This document shows, one piece after another, positions 18,140 to 26,802 of a DNA stretch of 50,775 bases. Under the pieces are notes generated by a model. It saw only the letters and a list, made by a program, of their open reading frames with translations, did not search any database and was not told the DNA's origin. Origin of the DNA: a virus (lineage: Duplodnaviria; Caudoviricetes); the IMG/VR virus record IMGVR_UViG_3300031823_000009, positions 1 through 50,775 of that record, one strand, 5' to 3'. Both the position numbers and the translations under genes were made by a program. Each line of letters begins with the position of its first letter. The first letter of the stretch is position 1.

Positions 18140-19510
18140 ATGACCAACGAAGACATTATTGCGAATTTGCATAGCCAACTCGACGAGGTTTCTAATTCAC
18201 CTGCGCCCGTCGCTTCCAATGATGCTTCGGCTGGGCCTGCAGCTCCGCAGTCTGACATGCCTACGCCTGCGCAAGTGGGTATTCAGAGGCCGCTTCCCGT
18301 TGATCAAGCTTTGCGTCAGGGGGGCGTTGGTGCTTTCAAGACGCTTGCTCCGCGTTTGTACGACTACATGACGCAGCCTAATCCGCAACCACCATCGATG
18401 ACGCCCAACAGAGCTGGCAAAGTGGCACCTTCCGATTACGATCCGAGAACGATGGGAGCTTTGGAAGATCTACGGAACTTGGCTCTTGATGCCATGCCTG
18501 AAGGAGGCTGGGCGGCTCGTGCTATGGGCGCTGTTGCGGGGGCCGTTAGTCCTTCGGCCGAGGCTGCCCAGCAACAGCAGCGCACCGCGGCGGTCCCTGC
18601 GCAGGCCTCACGGCCGCCTCCCGGTCAGCCTGGACCGACGGTTGTGTCCGCCGCTCCGCAGCCACAAGGTCCGCCAGGACCGATGCCGACGGCTGCTGTT
18701 CCGCAGCCCAGCATACGGCCGGATTTCACGCCTCAGGATATGGATCGGCTGAGTCAGCTCGGCACTGAAATGAGTGATCTCAATAAAAAGATAGACTCGG
18801 TTGGAAAACGGACTGATATTGGACCCGGTGGCAAGCGTGCACAAATCGATCCGCTTCAGACGCAAATCAATGCTAAACAGAGTGAGATTGACCGGATTCG
18901 TGACAATGTACGCCAGGCGCAGGCTGCTTTCGATTTGGCTGGGCAGCCGATCGGCGTTCGTAATCCTCCAGCGGTGGCGGTGGGGCGTGGTATTGGTCTC
19001 GGTCTTGGCGCTGGTACTGGTCTTTTGAAAGGATACAGCGGTAAAGGTCAATTCGGCCGCACTGTGCTATACGGGGCTGCCGAGGGTGCCGCTGGTGTTA
19101 CAGTACCTAATCTTATGGACCTTGGAGCCGCTCCCGGAACGCCGGCACGCGAAACAGCGGAACGCAATCTTGCCTTCATTCATGACCCTACAAGTATCGC
19201 GAATTGGGATTATGCTCGGCGTGTTATTGCGCCTGAAATGATAGGCGGTGGGCTGCTAGGAATTGCGGGTTACGGCTTCGGCAGTGCGATTAATTCGGCT
19301 AGGAATCGACGATCGGCGCCATCTGTTCCTGCCGCTCCTGCAGAGCTACCCGCTTCGAGCTTGCCCAGCGGCGGTTATGCGTGGCCGACCGATCCGGAAG
19401 CACTCAAGAGCTTGCAATCGGTTGCCTACAAGACACCTTCGGGGCAATGGCGTGTCTATGTTGAGGGTAAGAATCGACGGTTGCCGAAAGGGCTTGAACC
19501 GCGTCCGTAG
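18140..19510 (+). CDS. Probable internal virion/ejection protein
   Basis: P/A/Q-rich, coiled coil, glycine-zipper segments; follows the large ejection protein. Confidence 0.6.
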   Translation: MTNEDIIANLHSQLDEVSNSPAPVASNDASAGPAAPQSDMPTPAQVGIQRPLPVDQALRQGGVGAFKTLAPRLYDYMTQPNPQPPSMTPNRAGKVAPSDYDPRTMGALEDLRNLALDAMPEGGWAARAMGAVAGAVSPSAEAAQQQQRTAAVPAQASRPPPGQPGPTVVSAAPQPQGPPGPMPTAAVPQPSIRPDFTPQDMDRLSQLGTEMSDLNKKIDSVGKRTDIGPGGKRAQIDPLQTQINAKQSEIDRIRDNVRQAQAAFDLAGQPIGVRNPPAVAVGRGIGLGLGAGTGLLKGYSGKGQFGRTVLYGAAEGAAGVTVPNLMDLGAAPGTPARETAERNLAFIHDPTSIANWDYARRVIAPEMIGGGLLGIAGYGFGSAINSARNRRSAPSVPAAPAELPASSLPSGGYAWPTDPEALKSLQSVAYKTPSGQWRVYVEGKNRRLPKGLEPRP

Positions 19511-19519
19511 GAATTAAAA

Positions 19520-19828
19520 ATGCTCCTGCCGTGGCTCGAATGGCCTCAGGTTGCCAAGACGCCACGCGAATTGATGCTTGCGCGGCTTCGTGATGGCGTG
19601 CCGCCGGAGCTTGCAGCGCGTGCCGCCGGCATTACTATGGATCAACTGAAAGACGATAAGGAAGTGGATATGGCGCTCGCAGAGGGCGAGATATTGCTTT
19701 TTGAGCGCGCACGTGATAGTGGCGTGACCGGTGTTGTACGGGCAGCCATGCGGCGCGAAGCTAACTCGTGGATGCCAAAGGCCGAAGTCACAGTTGGGAT
19801 GACTTTGGAGGATTATTTGAGGGATTAA
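19520..19828 (+). CDS. Putative terminase small subunit (HTH)
   Basis: LRDGVPPELAARAAGIT HTH followed by helical ALAEGE...AAMRRE; size and pattern typical of TerS. Confidence 0.45.
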   Translation: MLLPWLEWPQVAKTPRELMLARLRDGVPPELAARAAGITMDQLKDDKEVDMALAEGEILLFERARDSGVTGVVRAAMRREANSWMPKAEVTVGMTLEDYLRD

Positions 19829-20007
19829 TACCAACCCCATATTGCTTCTTTTACCCACCAACCATATAATATGCAGACTGTCGCTAAGGAGATTAGACGT
19901 ATAGTAATTCTATGCCACCAAATGCACGCCCACAGTGCGAAAAAAGTTCCGAATACTAAGCACTCGATTTGATGGTTCCAAAAACAACCGTCGGGACATA
20001 AGTTCAT
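19825..20007 (-). CDS. Small membrane protein
   Basis: Two hydrophobic Trp-rich segments; GGAG RBS; ATGA-coupled to 20004..20150. Confidence 0.6.
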   Translation of the reverse strand: MNLCPDGCFWNHQIECLVFGTFFALWACIWWHRITIRLISLATVCILYGWWVKEAIWGWY

Positions 20008-20150
20008 TTTGTGTTCTCCAATTCTATGACTGGCGTACGTCGCAGAAAGTCCGGAATATCAAGTGGATGATTTTGACCGGGCCATAATTCTGTTACTGAG
20101 TCTTTGATTAGTTCTGGCCGTACAGGTACGGTTTCCCACGGCATTTTCAT
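20004..20150 (-). CDS. 48-aa protein with FtsZ C-terminal-core-like motif (unlisted)
   Basis: AAGGAA RBS; MKMPWETVPVRPELIKDSVTELWPGQNHPLDIPDFLRRTPVIELENTK; stop overlaps the next ATG. Confidence 0.7.
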   Translation of the reverse strand: MKMPWETVPVRPELIKDSVTELWPGQNHPLDIPDFLRRTPVIELENTK

Positions 20151-20179
20151 GGAATGTGTTCCTTGATTTTGTGTGTACG

Positions 20180-20280
20180 TGTGTACACTGTTTTGTTATG
20201 TAATGCAACCCCCTAAATGTATGACAGATTTGCCGCCGACACGCAAGCTATTGACGTATGACAATTTGTGCTGCTACACT
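20180..20280. promoter_or_regulatory. Divergent promoter region
   Basis: Minus strand TTGCAT-N17-TACACA; plus strand TTGACG-N18-TACACT (20251-20280); two GTATGACA..ATTTG repeats. Confidence 0.55.
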
Positions 20281-20320
20281 TTAGGAGACTGATTCGTTCC
20301 TCTAAAAGAAGGGCCGGCTT

Positions 20321-21061
20321 ATGGTCCAAATTGTTAATCAATCCACCCTCAGCATTGGCGGTTTTCGGCATTATTCGGGCCTCTTGCCCTCCATACCGGG
20401 TGATGGCAGTGCGCAAGCTCAAGCGTCCGTGCGGCCTTTCCATCTTGCTCCGACGAATGCGCTTGCGATCTTCCGCGGTGACATTGTCGTCTTCAATTCC
20501 GCTACGATCGGCGTGCAGGGGGCTGGCGATCTTCCGGTCAATATTGGTCCTCCATCCGCTACAAGCCTTGTAATTGGCAATGGTGGCGGTTCGCTGCTTG
20601 GCAATGCTTCGATGGCGGCGAACGTTTCGCGGTGGGTTCCGGGCGACACCACTAGTGTTATTGCTGGCGTCGTGGTGGGCTTCGGTCCGATCACGCTCTA
20701 CATGGCAAAAAACGGCTTTCAGTACGTTCCTGCGTCTACCGAAGCGTGGGTTTTTGTCGAAACTGATCCGCAGGTCATGATGACTGCGACGGTGCCCACC
20801 GTACCCGCCACTGCGTTCAACCTTGACCTGAATAGCGGCGTTGATGTGAAGGCGAATGCCGCTTTCCAGAGCACGAGATTCGGCATTTCGGGAATGTCGC
20901 TTGATCCGACGACGATCCAAACGACTTCGACGCTGCCGCTTCGCTTTGTTAATTCGTCCGAGCAAATCGGAAACGATCCGACGGCGGCCGGCTTTGTTGC
21001 GCAAGTCACGTTCAACATGTCGCGCCATTACAAAGGCGGTGCCGGCTTCACTGCGGATTGA
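20321..21061 (+). CDS. Probable capsid decoration/cement-type structural protein
   Basis: GGFR..., AIFRGDIV, GVVVGF, YVPAST...V.TDP pattern recalled from proteins normally adjacent to gpT-like capsid genes. Confidence 0.55.
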   Translation: MVQIVNQSTLSIGGFRHYSGLLPSIPGDGSAQAQASVRPFHLAPTNALAIFRGDIVVFNSATIGVQGAGDLPVNIGPPSATSLVIGNGGGSLLGNASMAANVSRWVPGDTTSVIAGVVVGFGPITLYMAKNGFQYVPASTEAWVFVETDPQVMMTATVPTVPATAFNLDLNSGVDVKANAAFQSTRFGISGMSLDPTTIQTTSTLPLRFVNSSEQIGNDPTAAGFVAQVTFNMSRHYKGGAGFTAD

Positions 21062-21070
21062 GGAGCAAAT

Positions 21071-21640
21071 ATGTCACGTTTTCTCGCGATTTTTCTTGCG
21101 GCGGTTCTGTCGGTCGGCGGCGCAGTTGCGCAGACCGTCGTTTCACAACCGGTGTTCGTTCCATCGAAACAGTGGATCGATTTGGGCAACGGCCCGCTCG
21201 ATATTCAGCCGATTGAGGGTAACGGCGATCTTTATTCGTCATTTGGATCCGGACAAGGCAGTACGTCTGGGTCAACTACCAGTTTGGTGTTGACGACAAC
21301 GCCTTTGGTGTCGCCGTGCATAGGCTGTGTCATTTCCGGCCCCGGCATTACGTCCGGAACTACCGTCTCTGCATTCACGCTTGGAACATCGATCGCGCTT
21401 TCAACGTCCATGTCCGTGACGCCGGTATCATTGGTTTCGTGGGGAGCTGCGTGTCCCGCGGCAACTGCGGCCAACGTTCCTGGCGTCTTTCCAAATGGGG
21501 TTGCGTCGCTGTCACCGCCGGCTCCTGCTCGTTCAAGCATTGGCGGAACGTATCCGTTCTATACGCAAGCCCGTGTTTGTGCGTACGGTGCTGCGCAGAA
21601 CGGTTTTACGCTTCTTTATTTCGCGATCGGTGCTCATTGA
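21071..21640 (+). CDS. Secreted Ser/Thr-rich protein
   Basis: GAGGAG RBS; signal peptide MSRFLAIFLAAVLSVGGAVA-Q; GSTSGSTTS tract; 4 Cys. Confidence 0.75.
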   Translation: MSRFLAIFLAAVLSVGGAVAQTVVSQPVFVPSKQWIDLGNGPLDIQPIEGNGDLYSSFGSGQGSTSGSTTSLVLTTTPLVSPCIGCVISGPGITSGTTVSAFTLGTSIALSTSMSVTPVSLVSWGAACPAATAANVPGVFPNGVASLSPPAPARSSIGGTYPFYTQARVCAYGAAQNGFTLLYFAIGAH

Positions 21641-21641
21641 A

Positions 21642-22730
21642 ATGCTGTGGATCGGGCTCGCCGTATCGCTTTGCTACGTTCCGGGTTTGACCGGAGCGTA
21701 CATCGCGACACAGTGGCCTTTGTTGGCTGTGATTCTGCCTTTCGGGTTGTTGTGGAAAGGGCCGTTCACAATTTTTCATTTGCTCGGACTTATCTTCGTT
21801 GACTATGCGGCAGTGCACATACTTTGGAGTCCTAATCCGTACGGTTCTGTCTATGGCGTGTGGCTGCTTGCCATTTCGGCGTTGGCTGTGTGGTTCGGAA
21901 CTGCCTTGGAAGATACGCGTGAGCTGTACAAAGGCTTAGCTATTGGCGCTACATTGTCGAGCTTCGTTGCCGTGCTGCAGTTTTTCGGTATTGGCGTTGT
22001 TCCCGTTACATCGACAATGCCCGCCGGTCTGTACGTCAACAGCGTACAGCAAGGTACTGTGCTTGCCCTTGTAGCGGTCGCGTTGATGACGGAGCGTATG
22101 TGGTTGTGGATTCCGTCATTGCTGCCCGGCATTTGGCTTTCGCATTCCCGTGGTGGTGCTATTGTTTTGTTGATAGGATTGCTTTGTTGCTGTTCACGTC
22201 GTTTGTGGATACCGGTAGGCGTTCTCGCGATGGCGGCTTCGATTTACCTATTTTATCCGCTTTCGCCGTCCGACAGTCAACGTCTGTACATTTGGCACGT
22301 CGCATGGGATAACTTGACATTGTTCGGCTGGGGTGCCGGAGCTTTCTTCAGTGCAGTTCTCGTGCATGACGGCGTCACTTTGTTTCCGGAGTACGCGCAT
22401 AATGACTTTTTGCAGTTCGCCTTCGAATTCGGTATCGGCGCGATTCTTCCTGCGATTATCATTGGTTATGCAGCATGGCGTACGGATGTTAAGGAATGGC
22501 CTGTCGTATTGGCATTCTGTGCGGCAGCGTGTTTTTCAATGCCGCTCTCCATGCCGATCGCTGCGTTTCTTTCTTTGGTCGCTGTGGGGCGTGTTCTTCG
22601 CGCTCATGGCCTACATGGCAGCGAGCGCAACTATCGCGGATATGATTTCTTATCGTGGGATGACACGTGCCGACTGGCAATTCGCGGCCGAGATCTTTCC
22701 ATGGCACCGCAGCATTCAGCAAAAGGCTAA
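21642..22730 (+). CDS. O-antigen ligase / O-oligosaccharyltransferase family (Wzy_C, WaaL/PglL-like) membrane protein
   Basis: Polytopic hydrophobic profile; GLYVNS, SHSRGG, QRLYIW, FGWGAG, YAHNDFLQFAFEFGIG are Wzy_C signature motifs. Confidence 0.85.
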   Translation: MLWIGLAVSLCYVPGLTGAYIATQWPLLAVILPFGLLWKGPFTIFHLLGLIFVDYAAVHILWSPNPYGSVYGVWLLAISALAVWFGTALEDTRELYKGLAIGATLSSFVAVLQFFGIGVVPVTSTMPAGLYVNSVQQGTVLALVAVALMTERMWLWIPSLLPGIWLSHSRGGAIVLLIGLLCCCSRRLWIPVGVLAMAASIYLFYPLSPSDSQRLYIWHVAWDNLTLFGWGAGAFFSAVLVHDGVTLFPEYAHNDFLQFAFEFGIGAILPAIIIGYAAWRTDVKEWPVVLAFCAAACFSMPLSMPIAAFLSLVAVGRVLRAHGLHGSERNYRGYDFLSWDDTCRLAIRGRDLSMAPQHSAKG

Positions 22731-22733
22731 GCA

Positions 22734-23123
22734 ATGAGCGGCGTCGATAGTGCCAATCAATTTCCTAACAGCTTCATGGCTAAGGCCGTGAAGCTGGGCG
22801 CGTCTCGATTCGTTTCTGACGACTATCCGAGTCGAATTCAGCTCGCTGAACAGAACAACGTCAGTATCGCCGTGGCAACTGGTTTGACCGTTCCGAGTGG
22901 CGCAACGTCGTCGCCAGGGACGACTGTGAACAACATACCGACATACGCGGTCATTACGGCAATCGGTGGGCCGCTGTATGCTACGTATGACGGCTCGACG
23001 CCCAGTTCTGTGAATTATGCTGTGGCGCTTGCTATGGGCGCGTCGCTGCCTGTGCAGGGCGAACAGGCGCTCGCGGCGGTCAAGGTTCAGGGAACGATAA
23101 TGTCAGTTAGTTATTGGAGCTAA
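22734..23123 (+). CDS. Hypothetical beta-rich structural protein
   Basis: 129 aa, translationally coupled in the virion operon. Confidence 0.6.
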   Translation: MSGVDSANQFPNSFMAKAVKLGASRFVSDDYPSRIQLAEQNNVSIAVATGLTVPSGATSSPGTTVNNIPTYAVITAIGGPLYATYDGSTPSSVNYAVALAMGASLPVQGEQALAAVKVQGTIMSVSYWS

Positions 23124-23127
23124 GTTA

Positions 23128-23382
23128 ATGATTGAGACGCTTGCTTTGTTCGGTATTGCTGTATTGAACGCTTTTACGGCGTACATGAGTTATCGGGCAC
23201 AGCATGAAAGTTACTTGTCACGTCTTTCGAATAGCAATACTGAAATCAACGTGCAGCGAATCGAAACTGCCACAAACAGTATGAAAGATGCACTAGTAGC
23301 ATCAACTGCCAAGGCTTCGCATTTTGAGGGCGAAATGAAAGGACGCGCCGACATGCGTAATGAACTGAGCCATACAGGTTAA
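23128..23382 (+). CDS. Small membrane protein (possibly holin-like)
   Basis: N-terminal TM helix plus amphipathic tail; GGAG RBS. Confidence 0.55.
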   Translation: MIETLALFGIAVLNAFTAYMSYRAQHESYLSRLSNSNTEINVQRIETATNSMKDALVASTAKASHFEGEMKGRADMRNELSHTG

Positions 23383-23501
23383 TAGTTTTGGAACCGTTGT
23401 TAATTGTACTCGCGATTTCGGTTTGCGTTATTATTTTAGGAGTTTTGTTGATCGTTTTTGACAAGTAAAGTACAGAACGACAAACGCAGGAGCAAAAGAC
23501 T

Positions 23502-23978
23502 ATGACCCTAAAGACGGACCTTGAGCAAACGGTTGCCAAGTTGACAGAACTGGAAACTGCGGCTCGAACATTGAAAAACCAGAATTTTGCTGATATCGTG
23601 CTGTCGGCGCGCGGGCGACTGTCACAGCTCACTGAGCATCCGGATATCGATACGGTGCAGCGGCATTTGAGCGGCGAGCTTGAACAGAGCGGTGGGCGCC
23701 TGAAAGAACTGCTCGATCGCGCTCACGACAGCTTGAAAGAGGCGCGAGAGGCTGTTGACCACGCTCCTAAGACCGAACCCGATAAGACGCCAATTCCTGT
23801 TTTTGAACCGCCGCAAGTTTCCGCGAGTGGCCTACCAGATGGGCATTTGCATCGCAACGCGGCCGGGAAGTTGTTCGAAGTTCATAACGGGACGTGGATT
23901 CCTGCAGAAATTGAAAAGACGTCGTCTCCGTATCCGAATACAGAGGTGAAACATGGGAACACGGTTCTGCGGCCATAA
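23502..23978 (+). CDS. Hypothetical coiled-coil protein
   Basis: AGGAG RBS; 158 aa. Confidence 0.7.
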   Translation: MTLKTDLEQTVAKLTELETAARTLKNQNFADIVLSARGRLSQLTEHPDIDTVQRHLSGELEQSGGRLKELLDRAHDSLKEAREAVDHAPKTEPDKTPIPVFEPPQVSASGLPDGHLHRNAAGKLFEVHNGTWIPAEIEKTSSPYPNTEVKHGNTVLRP

Positions 23979-24012
23979 AACGGGGTTCAACCCCACTGGT
24001 GAGAACGACATC

Positions 24013-24285
24013 ATGCCGAACTTCATGGGCGCTCCTGCCACCAAGTTCGGTGGCCGGCCGGCGGTGCCTGCGGGGCTGCTCAAACGCTTTCCTGGAGCTA
24101 CGGCCGATATCAGTTCGGGCAACAGGCGCTTGGCAAAATCGAAGCACGGGGACGGCGGTGGCGATGGTGTTACGTACCGTGGCTCCACTGCATTCGGCAA
24201 TCGCGAGGGTGGCATGCGATCAGGACGCAAGCCCGGCGGCATGGACGGCAAGCGTTCGCGCAGCATGGCTGACAATAAGAAGTAG
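24013..24285 (+). CDS. Small basic Gly/Arg/Lys-rich protein
   Basis: MPNFMGAPATKFGGRP...; GAGA RBS; low complexity and basic. Confidence 0.55.
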   Translation: MPNFMGAPATKFGGRPAVPAGLLKRFPGATADISSGNRRLAKSKHGDGGGDGVTYRGSTAFGNREGGMRSGRKPGGMDGKRSRSMADNKK

Positions 24286-24306
24286 GGCAAGAAGTAGGGC
24301 CCGGTC

Positions 24307-24453
24307 ATGCCGAGGCGGTACGAGGCCATTAAGCGCGAGCTGCGTAAAGGGCATCCCAGCATGTCTGAGGCGATGGTGAAAAAGCACGCGGCGATGATTT
24401 TCAACGGCACGCGCAAGCGTGGCCAGAAGCCGGTCACGCGCAAATCGAAGTAG
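24307..24453 (+). CDS. Small basic protein (48 aa, unlisted)
   Basis: MPRRYEAIKRELRKGHPSMSEAMVKKHAAMIFNGTRKRGQKPVTRKSK; fills the operon gap. Confidence 0.6.
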   Translation: MPRRYEAIKRELRKGHPSMSEAMVKKHAAMIFNGTRKRGQKPVTRKSK

Positions 24454-24459
24454 GCCAGG

Positions 24460-24891
24460 ATGTTCTACAGGCCCGGCGGCAACAATAAAGCGATCAATCG
24501 CCAGTATGATTGCGTGTACGGCGACGCCATCGGCCTTACTACGGGCTGGTTGCCTGTCAACAAAGGGGATACAATCGCCGTCAACATCGCTCGTGCGTCC
24601 ATCGCTTTCAGTTCCGCGGCGTCGAGTGTCGTTACTATGTCGCCGATCGCGCCGGAAGCAACGTTGCTGATGGAAATGCGCATGTTTGGCGTTGATCAGA
24701 GTTCGCAAAATCCAAATGCGGGCATGTGGCCTGTGGACCAGTGGCAGAACATGGTAGTTGCTACGTCACGGAGGGCGCATCGATCAGGTTGGATGCGACT
24801 GCGCATTTTGAATATAAATAACGGGGACGGAACCGGCGTCAACATGGCAATGCAGATTTCGCGTACGGGTGACGTAGGAGCGCAAACGTGA
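24460..24891 (+). CDS. Hypothetical beta-sandwich structural protein
   Basis: 143 aa in the virion operon. Confidence 0.65.
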   Translation: MFYRPGGNNKAINRQYDCVYGDAIGLTTGWLPVNKGDTIAVNIARASIAFSSAASSVVTMSPIAPEATLLMEMRMFGVDQSSQNPNAGMWPVDQWQNMVVATSRRAHRSGWMRLRILNINNGDGTGVNMAMQISRTGDVGAQT

Positions 24892-24895
24892 TGCT

Positions 24896-25528
24896 ATGGG
24901 CGGCATAGACAACGGCTCAATTCAGAGCGGCGTCTTTTTTCAAGCCAAGCAATTTGGATCGCTTTTGCGTGGTAGTGGACCGCCCGTATCACAGGCTGGC
25001 ATTCTGGGCGATCTGTACGTAGATGTGCAGACGTGGAACTTGTACAGCAAGCGGTCATCCGACATAGCTAGTGACGTTGATCCGTGGGGACATTATATAT
25101 TTGTCGTGCCGTCTACGTATCAACTACAATTGAAATGGTTCAGCACTTCGGCACCCGATGATAGTGTTGGCGTGATTGGCGATTATTGTTTAGCATGGGC
25201 TGGTTTCGGAAATTACGGTTTACAGCCATCGATTTACGGACCGAAAGGTGCCAATAATACATGGCCAGAAAATGGCAACGGTCCAAGCACGTTAATAGTC
25301 ATAGGTGGCGTGTTTCCACTTGGATTATCTGGCGAGGGTACGCAAACCGCGTACAGCACATCAACTCAGTTGATCACCGCAGGGCTCGTAGACGAGTACG
25401 TAGCGGCCATTCCGGTTGCGAATGTAGTTGGTACTCTTATCGGTCAGTTCGGTTTGCAACAGCAACCAACGCCGGTTGCCGTTACACTTAACACGCTGTA
25501 CACTGTTGAAGATAGCCATGCCATATAA
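24896..25528 (+). CDS. Virion/tail-associated protein, paralog A
   Basis: LRGSGPP...GILGDLYVD and G.IGDY...IYGPK repeats typical of tail/collar fibre proteins. Confidence 0.65.
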   Translation: MGGIDNGSIQSGVFFQAKQFGSLLRGSGPPVSQAGILGDLYVDVQTWNLYSKRSSDIASDVDPWGHYIFVVPSTYQLQLKWFSTSAPDDSVGVIGDYCLAWAGFGNYGLQPSIYGPKGANNTWPENGNGPSTLIVIGGVFPLGLSGEGTQTAYSTSTQLITAGLVDEYVAAIPVANVVGTLIGQFGLQQQPTPVAVTLNTLYTVEDSHAI

Positions 25529-25739
25529 GTACGATCATACTGCAGACAATGCCGCAACGCAAGCTAGATTTGAATGTGACATGCCGGACATTATGAGTCG
25601 TCTCTTGTCGGGAGTGAGTAGTGCAGCCGGGTGTGGTGTACATTTTCTGCAAGTACGCGACGACGGCATTCTGATTTCGCGCGGAACCGCTGAATTCATC
25701 ATGCGAAATTTCACAAAGGCAAGTCATGAGCGGATTTGA
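25518..25739 (+). CDS. Hypothetical protein between the two paralogs
   Basis: MPYKYDHTADN...; overlaps both neighbours. Confidence 0.5.
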   Translation: MPYKYDHTADNAATQARFECDMPDIMSRLLSGVSSAAGCGVHFLQVRDDGILISRGTAEFIMRNFTKASHERI

Positions 25740-26166
25740 TAACGGTACGATGCAGAGCGGCGTCTACTTTCAAGCGAAGCAGTTTGGAAGTATCTTGCGT
25801 GGTAATGGACCGCCCGTACCGCAAGCCGGCGTTGTTGGCGATCTGTACATAGACGTTGCAGCGTGGAATCTGTATAGCAAGAGATCAACAGACAGTGGCG
25901 GGGATGTTGACCCATGGGGGCATTATTTGTTCGCCGTGCCGATTACTTACCAGCCGGCTTTGAAGTGGTTTGGTACTGCAGCGCCAACCAGCGATATCGG
26001 CGTGAACAATGATTACTATCTGCTATGGGCCGGGTTTGGGAACTATGGACTTAATCCCGTGTCCATATATGGACCAAAAGCTGCAGGTGTGTGGCCAAAT
26101 ACGTCAAATCCAGTTACCGTTACGCTTAACTCGCTGTACACGGCTGAAGATAGCCACAGCGTATAA
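25726..26166 (+). CDS. Virion/tail-associated protein, paralog B
   Basis: Highly similar to 24896..25528 but lacks an internal segment of about 60 aa. Confidence 0.65.
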   Translation: MSGFDNGTMQSGVYFQAKQFGSILRGNGPPVPQAGVVGDLYIDVAAWNLYSKRSTDSGGDVDPWGHYLFAVPITYQPALKWFGTAAPTSDIGVNNDYYLLWAGFGNYGLNPVSIYGPKAAGVWPNTSNPVTVTLNSLYTAEDSHSV

Positions 26167-26175
26167 AGGCACGCT

Positions 26176-26802
26176 ATGTCCTACAATTCGCTGACTGACT
26201 TTATAGCGTTGCTTCGTAGTACGGGTGGCGGCGTCCGTACGGAACAGATGCCGGGCCTTGATTTTGTCGTGGCTGCTTTAGGCCGTGCTGGTTTCATAAC
26301 TCTGGCAGTTCAAGCTACTGCACCAATATCTAACCAAGCTGCAACGGCCTGGTTTCAGCCTGCGTCACCATCGTGGAGTGCTGAGGGTATTCTGTATTTG
26401 TGGAATCCCGCAGTTTCGGCGTATCAGCCCGCCACGCCGGCTTTATGGGAACAGTATTTTTTACCGCTCATATCTGGTTATGCATTCCAAAGTATAAACG
26501 GAACGGGACAGGCTATCGTCGCCGGCACGTCGCTGGCGGCTGTACAGCGCGCCGCGCCCGCTACCACAGCGATTACGCTTCCGACGCTTGCCAATCAATT
26601 CGCCAGTGGAAAGAAACTGCAAATTGTGGATTTTTCTACGGCTGTCACGAATCATGTTATTACATTGAGCGTGCCTGAAATAGTTTCGTCACCAACTATT
26701 ATGGGGCAAGCGACGCTGCAAATGCTTTCCACGGCTGTACAGCTTGCAGGAGTCATGCTACAGCCATCCCCTGATCTCAATGCGTGGGTAATAGCACCAT
26801 GA
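26176..26802 (+). CDS. Putative tail-fibre-associated structural protein
   Basis: A/T-rich; TAITLP...LQIVD...AW C-terminal pattern seen in fibre domains. Confidence 0.55.
   Translation: MSYNSLTDFIALLRSTGGGVRTEQMPGLDFVVAALGRAGFITLAVQATAPISNQAATAWFQPASPSWSAEGILYLWNPAVSAYQPATPALWEQYFLPLISGYAFQSINGTGQAIVAGTSLAAVQRAAPATTAITLPTLANQFASGKKLQIVDFSTAVTNHVITLSVPEIVSSPTIMGQATLQMLSTAVQLAGVMLQPSPDLNAWVIAP

Noticed and set aside
24277-24300. Tandem 12-bp repeat AAGAAGTAGGGC x2 at a stop codon
   Set aside because: Most simply a local slippage duplication; no evidence of function.
24896-26166. Diversity-generating retroelement template/variable repeat pair
   Set aside because: Differences between the paralogs are not adenine-specific, both copies are full genes, and no reverse transcriptase was seen.
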